Made by a program: the position numbers and the translations under genes
Shown: piece by piece, positions 25,701-37,700 of the stretch
Numbering within the stretch: the stretch's first letter is position 1
Layout of the letters: the number at the start of each line of letters is the position of its first letter
DNA from: Phoronis australis
Lineage: Eukaryota > Animalia > Phoronida
Reading direction: 5' to 3'
DNA length: 64,000 nt
Assembly: GCA_002633005.1 (NCBI GenBank)
Contig: NMRA01000732.1
Coordinates: 1 to 64,000 of the forward strand
The notes under the pieces: model-generated
Seen by the model: the letters and a program-made list of their open reading frames with translations, nothing else
What the model was told of the DNA's origin: nothing
Databases searched by the model: none

Positions 25701-28700
25701 AAGTTTTAGATAATTAGGTGAGGCTAATTATAACGTGAAAATTCTCGTTGTGATTCCGTAATATTGATGGAGAAATTATAATACTTATGGAAACTCCCTT
25801 AACATTTCTCCCGATGTTGCAGTCACCTATCTCCTACTCTGGACTGACGAGTTTATCAATTGCCCGTACACTTCCTAGTAGGAATACATATGCAAATGTT
25901 AATAATGATCCTAAGAGCCGTTTGGACATGTGAGATGTGGATGCCAAAAAACAGACTCAAAAATAACATCAATGGCCATTAGATGGTGTACTATAAACTG
26001 GCAACACCTTCCCAATTTTAGAAACCAATTCCATCACATTTCATGAAAATCCGTGAAGGAATATTGGAGATACACAGGATAAAATAAGAGATTAAAACTG
26101 TCATTAGGGGGTACAGCGGAAATGCACAATCCGTCACGGACACAGAAATTCCATCGCCAACTTTAGCTCCAGTAACAAGTGATTGGTGTCGAGCAACAAA
26201 ACATTGGTCTCTGTGTGTAGCCTTCCTGTGTGTCTACCTTTTGGGACACATTAGTTAATATTGTGCTTTGCATGGTGCTAAGTATTTCTGTCTGACACAA
26301 CACACTGCATTACCATTGTACTGAGCACAGACCAATGTCCACCAAAGCTGCTGTTCAATGCATTAAGAAGCTTTCTTGTGAGAATAGTTCACAATTGTGC
26401 TGACACAATCCTCAGCATGGAGGTATCACTCTCTGTATGAAGGTTGCCAGTGAGGAGACTCATGCAAAGATGAGGTGGAACAGCCTCTCAGTAAGCCTCT
26501 GTCTCAGCACCACATGGTGAATGTGAGCCTCTGTCTCAGCACCACATGGTGAACGTGAGCCTCTGTCTCAGCACCACATGGTGAACGTGAGCCTCTGTCT
26601 CAGCACCACATGGTGAATGTGAGCCTCTGTCTCAGCACCACATGGTGAATGTGAGCCTCTGTCTCAGCACCACATGGTGAACGTGAGCCTCTGTCTCAGC
26701 ACCACATGGTGAATGTGAGCCTCTGTCTCAGCACCACATGGTGAACGTGAGCCTCTGTCTCAGCACCACATGGTGAACGTGAGCCTCTGTCTCAGCACCA
26801 CATGGTGAATGTGAGCCTCTGTCTCAGCACCACATGGTGAATGTGAGCCTCTGTCTCAGCACCACATGGTGAACGTGAGCCTCTGTCTCAGCACCACATG
26901 GTGAATGTGAGCCTGTGTCTCAGCACCACATGGTGAATGTGAGCCTGTGTCTCAGCACCACATGGTGAATGTGAGCCTGTGTCTCAGCACCACATGGTGA
27001 ATGGGAGCCTGTCTCAGCACCACATGGTGAATATGAGTGGTATAAACTCTACAGTGTTCAAACACTTCAGCACCACATGGGACACTCTTTAAAGACAGCA
27101 GGTGTAAGGCTGCTAGACTGAGAGTTAGTTCTTGGTTTGTACGACGTGTCAGAGAGGCTGGTTGGGTGAAAACCAAGAATCCTTCCCAGAGTAGGCAAGT
27201 CAGATTTAAGATATCAACGTGATTGTCCCAGGCACAGGATTTGGATCCAACTAAGGAGAAATACTACAGTGAGGTTCCAGAAATTTTGATTGAAATTTTG
27301 CACATCCAGTGCTTCACTTGGATTATTAATACTGACTCATCTTCCATTCCTAGAGTGTTGCTGGCAAGTCTGGAGCCATGTTAAAGTACAAACTTCTTGA
27401 ATACAAGAAATCACACAACTTTGCTGAAAAGACTAACAGTATTATGTTTTAGAACTTGGCATAAGGACCTTTTAGAATAGAAATAAATGTTTAAGTACTG
27501 GGCTAATTGCTTTCGGTGAAGTCAAAAAAATACAATAATAATAATAATGATGATGATGATGATGATGATAAAAATAATAACAACCAGTCAAATGCACTCC
27601 ATTCCAGAACACAGCACATCAAAATTGTAGTGCTATGTATTTTTATGATAGAATTCTACTCATTAGAGGACAACACAAAGATATATTGAGCGCTGCTTCA
27701 TTAATATGACTATTACCTAGGTACATCCCCGTTTACACATTCAATGCAAACATTGATTGTTTGGATTTGATTTTGAGACGTGTCACAAAAATCTAGACCC
27801 AAAGCAAACCCTTTAACACTTCTGGTTTTCATGGTGTAATGTTTTTGTCTAAATAAAACATTTCATTCTTAGTTTTATCTTACTTTGAAGTTGGCTATTT
27901 TTGTCTCACCAAAGCAGCAATCAACACAGCTTTAAATGATTATCAACAAAAAACATTCTGATTTGACAAAATTTTCTTTATTTTGGAAAACGAAAATTGT
28001 GTTAGCATATTAACTTGAGAATAAAAATAAGTAACAAAATATAGATGTCCATTTTGCACTTTTGAGAGATGAAATTGAATGTAAAACTAAATATCCGTGC
28101 ATAGTGTTATTTGTCATAACTTAACATGGTAATGTATAAGTTCAAAAATAATTGAAACCAGATTCCATCAAATCAATTGAAGATACACAGCGTAACAGCA
28201 TTAGGCCAAAATCTTGGCACAGTCTTGTCCACTGTAGGTCACAAGCAGCGTACAACTTGAGGCAACAGAATCAAACTTCAGAAACTCAAGTATCAAAAAC
28301 ATAATCCCCAATGAGGGAAGTTGACAACGGCATATGGAAGTTAAGATTGGAGCAAAATGATAGTCGGGTGTAGAGAGAAAGAGATCAAGAGATAGGTCTC
28401 CGGTTGTACACTGCATGGACGTGAGGCGGCTTACTGATTTCCAACTGGCGCTGGATTCGACCTTTGCACCGTTCCCGGTAGTCCACCTGACATGTGTTGT
28501 AGTCGTTCATGACTTCCACAAATTTACGCGATAAGGTGGCGTGCTAGAATGAAACGAAAACTGGAAACTCAACGTCAAATCATAAATACACAGTGTAAAC
28601 GGAAACGGCATAGACAGAAGAGTGAACAACAGAAAGACAGAAGCAACCAATAGAGTGATGGAGTAGGTTGTCGTGACGACACGAAACAAACGGCCTTACT

Positions 28701-31700
28701 AATTTCCATCTGTCGTTTAATCCTTGATTTGCATCCATCGCGATAGTCAATCTGAGCTTTGTTGTAGCTGTTCATGACTTCAATAAATTTGCGAGATATC
28801 GTGCTGTGCTGTAAACAGACAGAGCTGGAGTTAAGCCACTTCACGGAAGGAGCCACATTTTACCTCAGCTACGACCTCTCTGTTGGTTAGAGGGTGCTAC
28901 AGTGACCCCTATAACCACAGATGCACAGATAGTGCACCTCACCACAACAGAGAGTAGAAGAGCTATGTTACAAACATTTTCATAATCTTCTTAACCAAAG
29001 AAAAATTTCTTTTCTAAAAAATCAACCATGCATCAAATGGATTTGACATTTCTGTCAATTCATCATCAGAGACTCAAAATTATTAATTTCGAAAGGCTGA
29101 AATTCCGTGAAATGGCCAATATACAAACATTATTTGGTTATCAAATAAAGCACATGCTGTACTGACATATGAAGAGATTGTGGATGTAACACACAGAACA
29201 CTTTCATGACCTCTGACATATCACATGATCACTTCTTGGTATACAACAGTGCTCTCAATGATTATCTGCTATTTACCCACAATGCTAAGCATAAACAGGG
29301 CACTTGTGATAACCACTATTTTCAATTAAGATTGGTTTGCCATTTGTCATTCGGGTGCCAATTAAGTTTTACAGCAGAATAGTTTGTTGTAATGCAGACA
29401 ATGGAAAATTTTGAAACACTGACTGAGTTGTTATGAATTGGTCTTCATTTGTCCGTCTCAGCTCAAAAGAATGTAGAGGTCCTACCTTCAGAAAACTAAG
29501 TCAATCAAACAATGTATTTTTGTAACTCTGCAAGAGAGAAAAGTTGACTTGTGATTTAGGAAATTTGTCAGTGCATCATCCCAAGTTTACGACATTCAGC
29601 TGAATGTTAAAGCAGTCACATGATCAATTTGTAGCCAACCAAATCCTTTGACATGACGATGTAACTAAGCCAACAAAATTAAAGTTCAGTCATGACCACA
29701 CTCATGCTCATCCTACCAATATTACAGAAGAAAATTCCTAATAAATCAACATATCTAAACACAAAATACACCCACAACATCATTACAAACATTTCTTGGG
29801 CTGTAGTGTAATATTAATTTGACTGATTTGGCCACTATATCAACGCTGAAAACTGGCTGGTGTGGGTACCTCACAAGCAAGAGTTTGACAATAATGAATG
29901 GACTAGAAATATTTTGTCAACAACCAAAATGGCCAAAAGGAGATGTCGCAGTAGTCTGAAAACCATTTAGTGCACGCACATACCCACCATACATCTTTGT
30001 ATGGAGTCCCGACAAAACCTGAAGAGCTGTTTTGACAATAACAGTTGGACAAGGAAAATCCTCAGAAAACTAAAACGGAAAAGGGGGTGCCGAATGCTGA
30101 TGCATCCCTGTCACATTACTCAGTGTCATGTTTCAACAAAATCTGTCGAGCTGTCTTGACAGCAATTAAAAGTCCAGCAAAAAATTAGCCGAAATCTACG
30201 ACGACCAACAGGGGGTGCCACAGAAGATGCATGCATGTAGCTGGCAAGTGAGCCACCTCCTGACATCGAGGCCACACTGATATGAAAAGAGCTATGTCAA
30301 CAACCAATGTCTAGTGCCAATATCTAGGATCATTAGTCCCATTATCTTACTTCAGTCCTCATCTGTGTTCTAATGTAACGTATTCACGAGACCAAAATGT
30401 TAACGCCATTCAATGCAACTCACAGGTATAACATCATCATCTAACGGTAAAACGGCTCCAATTCCATCTGACGGTGGACAATGGGAATTCCAGGGTTGAT
30501 TCGTTTGGTCATTTATCATAATAGAATTATTAATATCCACAATTTGGAAGGCTCAGGTAAAACCCTTGAACCAATTTACCACCATATAGAGATTTTTGAT
30601 GCCAATTCTGGAATTGGGCCAATCGCAGCAATACAATTGGTCACAACACAGGATGGAATTAGGTGTGCCTCTGTAGAACTGGTGAACTCAATCAGCCAGA
30701 CTTTGTATGTTAGTGTTTTATGCACCTCAAGGAGTATAGACTGGTTCCATACTCAAACACTAAGTTGTGTTACTGCTTTTGTTCTAATCTATGGCAAAAA
30801 GCATCAGCAAAATTGCTACGCAAAATAAAAGGTTTGGTCAGTGCAAGTGTGGTAAACCAACTAAAAGCAGGTTTTGGTTAAAAACTTCAGAATGTAATGC
30901 AAAGGTAATGGCGTATGGACGGAATGCAGACTTAGGACCACAATCAAATTTCTGTGGCTGCATAAAAACGAAGAAATTAGTGCCACTAAGACAGCTTTTT
31001 TATATTCTTTGGCTAAAAATTAACATCAGACACTTGACACAGTCCAGACGTCCGGTGATCAGCAAAAACAGAAAACAGCCTTATGACAACATATCTCCAC
31101 AAACAGCATATCCTTACATACAACATGACTATGTATGGCCAAGCCATTAATTAACCTCCTTGCTTCACTTAAGACGTTGTTATTAATCACTGGTCATAGT
31201 TTTGCATTTTCTGACGTAGGTTACAAATCCATCGTTGGTGATGACCTCAAGCAGGCTATATGAGGATGGACAGTAATCACACAGTAAAATAACATATACA
31301 GTTGTTGACAGTAATTTGTTACTACTCAGCAACTCAGGTCATGACCTGGGTGAGCGACCCCATGACACAGGAAGGGCAAAAATGACAGCCAATGATATTA
31401 GATAAAATCATCTGGTTTTGCTAGCCACCAAGTATATTCACTGTTACAAAACAGTGGGAGATAATAGTAGTTGGTACAAGGAGTGACCAACAGGACTGTC
31501 GGGCAAAATGCACTCATCACATGCGAGTAATTACTTCCAGAAGTGGCCAACAGGATCCTCTCTCCAATAGCGTTGAGTCTGAGCTTGGGATAAGAGATAA
31601 CACAAGTTTTATACACCAGTCATAAGTAATTGTAAAGTGGAAGCACAAGATGAAATCTCTGTCTTAAGTCACTTAAGTCTTAAGTCACTTTTCATGAAAC

Positions 31701-34700
31701 AGACCCAAGACTTAATTTTGCAGTTGGGCATCTGAAAGTACACCTAGTCCCACATTGAGTGACTACACGTTTTTGAAAACTGATAGACAATAAAGGTACA
31801 TGATGCCACCACTGTGATCTGACAACTGCATGTCCATGTTTGTCAGCTGTTATTGTGCCTTGGCATGAGTGACCAGACCTACCTGAGTTTTCCTGATCCT
31901 AAGGTCGGCAGAGGCAGCTGACGAGGGATTGGAATGTTCTTCTCTCTCTATCTCTTGTTCAATCACTGTTGACAAAATATGAGAAACCAAATTCAGGTAA
32001 CAGCGTGACTTGAATGTCAATACATTGGAGCAGAGTCGGAGCAAATAAAGAGAAGTTCTGTTCACTGGTAACGTTCATTACGTAATGCAAATTCTAAAAT
32101 CAAAGCCAAAACATTCAATGATCCCTTTTAAAACAGTTATGACAGAAAATTTCATAGCTTGTTCACCAATCTGACATGCAGATGGCGTACCGGCTGAGGA
32201 TGTAAGTAGCATTTGCTTCAAGTTTTTGTTAGCGCACATCAGAAGCAATCGAACCCAGTCACGTTTTCTGCAGATACACTACCTATTGGTGAAGATGTGA
32301 ACAAGTCTCAGAAGTCCTCACAAAACTATTATGGCTGCGATTATTATTTACATTATGAAATAACCAGTCAATGCTACACTGGCTACATGCGTACATTTCC
32401 AACTACAGCCATTACAGATAGAGATTCAGTAACACAATACCTGTTGACAAACTGTTCATATCCAAACTATAACAATAAATGCAAACATAAATTATCCATT
32501 TCTTTCACACAAATTGCCAAAACTGTCATTTCTTCATTTTCAAAGGCTGATTACTTTGCTACAAATAGTGTAAACTTCACCAAATATTGTTTTATAACAT
32601 CTACACAATATAAACTTGGGTTCTAATAGACAACAATTTTCTAAATCTTTGTTTTTGTGGAGCTTTGGCAAAAAAGAAAACCACTTGTTGGCCATAATGT
32701 GGGGTAAACAAGTGAAGAGTTACGGTAACTCAGACAACGGGCATGGTTTTCACACATGTGATTTCATTTTTCATGACGTACTTTTGCTAAGCAAAGCAGA
32801 TGCATAGGAATTTTTGGTAATAATTGTTCGCAAGGACAACTGAAAGCATTGAATTGATATGGTGCACAATGACACTTATTTTTTGTTAATTTCCACAGTT
32901 TACAGGATTCCCAAGACAAGTGAGAACCATGTCTACACATAATTACATATCCTACAGTTGTAGTGATGTTTCAATACTGACCATGTCCATCCAGACTGCT
33001 GCAATAATGTGTCAGTACTGATCATCATACAGCTGAGTAGAGTGACTTACCCTTTAACTTTGTTCTCACTTTATTTGCAGTTCGTTTGATATCCGTCATC
33101 AGCTCCTCTAGTTCACCCTTCACCTCTGCAAGTACAATTTCAACAGTTTTATCAGTGTATCGCCTATTTGGGTGGCGAATTATAAAGTTGTGCACCTGAA
33201 AAAAAAGAGTGAATGAGGTTGGATGCCGTTCGTTGCATACAAGAGGAAAACAGGGGTGAAGGTGGTGAACACAACGCAGTATCGACCATCTTCACAAAAC
33301 CTTTTAATGAACTGTGCACCACACTCTACTACATGAGAGCATCTAATTTTTATAAAAACGGGTACCATCTTCCAGAAATGGGCAACCAGGAAAATAAAAT
33401 AAAAAAGCAGCCACTAATGTATGGCAAAATTAAGGCTGTGAAGCCTGACATCAGATGTTCTGCGCCTAGTAGATCCCATTGTTTGAACAAAACATAAGCG
33501 CTAACACTAGAATGTACTGGATGTGTTTAAGATCACAGAATGGCTGAATGAACAACGAAGTGCTACAGATAGATTAATTGCAAAAATGTAAATGACATAA
33601 TTTGACTTAAATGCAATTGTAACAACATATTACGTAACAAAATATTATGGTAATATATCATATCATCAGTGTAAGGTGTAAACACACCATTTGAATATTA
33701 TTGATATTATTCTGCTTTCAAGGGTATTACAACAATAAATATTACATCCCCATGCCAATGCTTTTTTGCAGGAGTGTTGTTGACACACTGAACACGTATC
33801 TGTAGCTTAGTGGTGGAAAACAATTGTAACTTTATATTACAAGACCAAAATTAACAATAGACGTGTCATGACGATAAGACCAGTTTGACTAAGACCTACT
33901 CAGACTATGCCCAACAATGCCTGCTTTTACTCAAGTTTCCTTATCCAGCTCAATTATTATCTGACTGGTGTTGCCTAGTAACAAGTAAATTTAAGGTCAA
34001 GGGTTGATTAACTACAAATGAAGTTTATTGAAATATCACTTCTGTTCGCATAATTGCCAAAGCAAATGATGACTAGTAAACATGATAATTGATGACATAA
34101 CCTAATTTCTACATCAAAACTACACGATTCATTTGATATGTTCGAAAACCAAGAAGGTAATTAGCAAGACTATACACAAATACACCAGGTTCATAATGTT
34201 TCATAACTAGTGTCAATATTATCTTAGAATATATACATACATATATACATATACATATATATATACACACACACAATATGGTATATGTATGTGTGTGTGT
34301 GCGCGCGTACATCTCAGTGGAAGCTTTTAATTCCATTCCACACACATAGATGTTAGTCCAAAAAAGCATTTTTTGGTTCTGGTCTTTGTGTTTTTGAAAA
34401 TCAAGTCACTGGTGTGGTATTTATTTTTAGTTGTTCACTTTTTCAAAGCAAAGAATAAAATCTACCTGGGACAAACCAAAATGATGTAGGTTTTGCTCTT
34501 TTCTTTTACACATTGCTTGACAAATCATGACATTCAAAAGTTACCTTTCTTACTTTCTTGCTTAAATACCTTAATTGTACACCTTACCAAAAACACCAGA
34601 CCATGGATGAATTTTTTCAGTGGGGGGTGCAAGTTTCAAAATGAGTCGAGGTAGAGACCAGGGCGCCTGTTTCAAGAAAAGTGACAAAAGCCTTAATACA

Positions 34701-37700
34701 GAAATTTGGTCTTACGCTCCCACGTAATTGTTGAATATAGATTTAGCCAAGCAATTTTAAGTGGGAAACAGGCAAAAAATTCCAGTAGAAAAATTATAGA
34801 AATTATCTCAGTAACTAACAATTATTTGTATATCATAGAGACTGCCCTTTTGCTCGAGTGTGACTTATTTTTCAGAAATACATGTGTGTAGCATAAGACC
34901 AGTCACCTTTCATGAAACAACCAACTGTGTTGTTTGGCCTTAGTTGCGACACAGTCACAACTATGTTGTTTGGCCTTAGTTGTGATACAATCACATTAAC
35001 TGACAGTGAGACAACTGTATCCTCATACATACGCATTTTCTTAATTCCTGCAGTTTTGAGAACATGCCTCATAGAATTGCAAAGCCAGAACATCTGTCAT
35101 ATATTGTTAATCTCTATACGACAAAATCTGAAACGTAAGATGGCATAAAACCGACTTTTTCCGATTCTTAAAATATTAATATTCTTCAGTAGGGCAAGGA
35201 TGACGCTACATATTTATACAAAATGTATGCTATGTACCCCTTAGTTGAAAACTTATAATTTCACATGGAAAGCAGACAGAAACCCTTAATATCCACGCAC
35301 TTACAACACACAATGCACATGTAACAATGTGATGTAGTCATGGTCCTATTTGGTGACTACCAACTAAAAAACGCGACCTCAGACTGATGGTGGCAACTTC
35401 AGCTGAAAGCTCATTCGTCTTCACTCAGCTCACCAAACACGATCTTAAGTTCGTGATTTTTCACTACTTTCTATGTTTTTCAAAAAATTTAACATTTTTG
35501 AATTATTCACCCATATTCAAGCACTGAAATCAAAGTTTTTACCACCTCTTTGCTAAAATAAGACCAAAGAGGACAATCTCATTGTTACAGGCCAATGATA
35601 GCATCAGATATTATAATGACCTTACACAAAATTAAATACCCTTATTTGGAATATGGTAATAATAAGTTCATAACTTCTACAAACAGCAAAAATGTCATGG
35701 CTTTCAATATCAAACACTGAGTAGAAACGAAACTTCTATTGGATGTTTGGAAACTACCATATACGCCCTAATAAGCACCCAGGGTGCTTAGAAAATTCGT
35801 TCCGGGGGGAGGGCACTTAAGGTAGCCTAAGGTGGTTGAAACCCAATCTCCAAAATTACGTGCACAATTTTTTCAAGACTGTCGGATATTATTGATAAAT
35901 TGAAGATGTTACTGTAGAATTTTAGAACTGTAGGTAAGGCATTTTTTGCAAGTATAGTCCGGATACCTATCGTCGTCAGGCTCCAAAGGTCGTCCGCCAT
36001 CTTGTTTCACGTGCAGCGCAACCACGCGGGACTTAGCGTTCCAATTTGGAGTGCTCGTCTGCACGTTAGGTACTAACCTCTCGGGAGAAACACGCATGGA
36101 AGAACTGAGACTAAAATTAGTGCATTTACCGACTGTTTTTTTGAGACCACTTAAAAACTTGTCGATTTTACTAATGCACTTTTTTGTTCATTTTCAGAAG
36201 ATATTTTCGAAATTAAATTTTCTTCAGANNNNNNNNNNNNNNNNNNNNNNNNNNNNNNNNNNNNNNNNNNNNNNNNNNNNNNNNNNNNNNNNNNNNNNNN
36301 NNNNNNNNNNNNNNNNNNNNNNNNNNNNNNNNNNNNNNNNNNNNNNNNNNNNNNNNNNNNNNNNNNNNNNNNNNNNNNNNNNNNNNNNNNNNNNNNNNNN
36401 NNNNNNNNNNNNNNNNNNNNNNNNNNNNNNNNNNNNNNNNNNNNNNNNNNNNNNNNNNNNNNNNNNNNNNNNNNNNNNNNNNNNNNNNNNNNNNNNNNNN
36501 NNNNNNNNNNNNNNNNNNNNNNNNNNNNNNNNNNNNNNNNNNNNNNNNNNNNNNNNNNNNNNNNNNNNNNNNNNNNNNNNNNNNNNNNNNNNNNNNNNNN
36601 NNNNNNNNNNNNNNNNNNNNNNNNNNNNNNNNNNNNNNNNNNNNNNNNNNNNNNNNNNNNNNNNNNNNNNNNNNNNNNNNNNNNNCCGCTCTCCGGCCTC
36701 CTTTCGGCGGGGCCCCCTATATTAATATAGGGGCCCCGCTCTCCGGCCTCCTTTCGGCGAGGCCCCCTATATTAATATAGGGAGCCTCGCTTTTGAGGTC
36801 CGAAATTCAATTTTTTGCCTATGTCATTTTAATAAGAATAAGTCATTTTAAATAATAAGCTGTTATATGTATTAATATGGACACGGGGGCATATCTGGTT
36901 GTTAGAGGGAAGGGGGAGTACGACAGTTTAGCTCGGACATACGCGATACATATAGAAGAATTCCACCCATCGCCACCAATTCCATAACCCCTGTTCACAA
37001 CCAATTTCGCCCGTATAATTTTGAAGTCGTCTGACATTTATCTACCCGAGTGCACACATTGGCAGGTACTTCCTACCAACGCCCATTGATTAATGAGTTC
37101 AAGTCATATGCTGAGCTTTGGTGAGCAATGTTTTGTGTCATTATGCATAGATGCTGAATGAACTGCTTGACACACAGTGCCACCTCATTTTATGAATGTG
37201 TGAATTGCAACTGCAAACACTTGCAATAACAAATCAATAACCCAGTCAAATAATGTTTGGATTGTCTTGGAATAGAACAGTTAAATAAAAACATAACCAC
37301 CGCCATTTTCAGAGCATTTACTGCAGAAACATAGAATTGCTACATTTGGTGTAAGTGCAACACCACTCCACCATTCCATTTAAAGATGTATTTCCATGCT
37401 CCTAACTATGCTAATGTATAGCAGAAACTAATTACCACAATGCTATTTGAACATCATCTACACTAAACAAGGTGTAGTTGTATTCCTTGACAACTTGTAA
37501 ATGTGAAAACAAAAACATTCTGCATACAGATGACCTTTGCCCTAATGAAGTACCTTGGTGGCTCACACTGCCTGCATCATGCAGTGTTATTCCCCAATAC
37601 CACGTCACCATGCAGTGTTATTCCCCAATACCACGTCACCATACTTACTCGACATGGTTCAGTGATTTACGGTGGATCAATTACACAAAACTCGTTCTTA

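Noticed and set aside
26495-27035. Regular 32-bp repeats resembling a CRISPR array
   Set aside because: No unique spacers; head-to-tail minisatellite in a eukaryotic intron
36051-36725. 224-aa ORF
   Set aside because: Artefact of translating through the N gap
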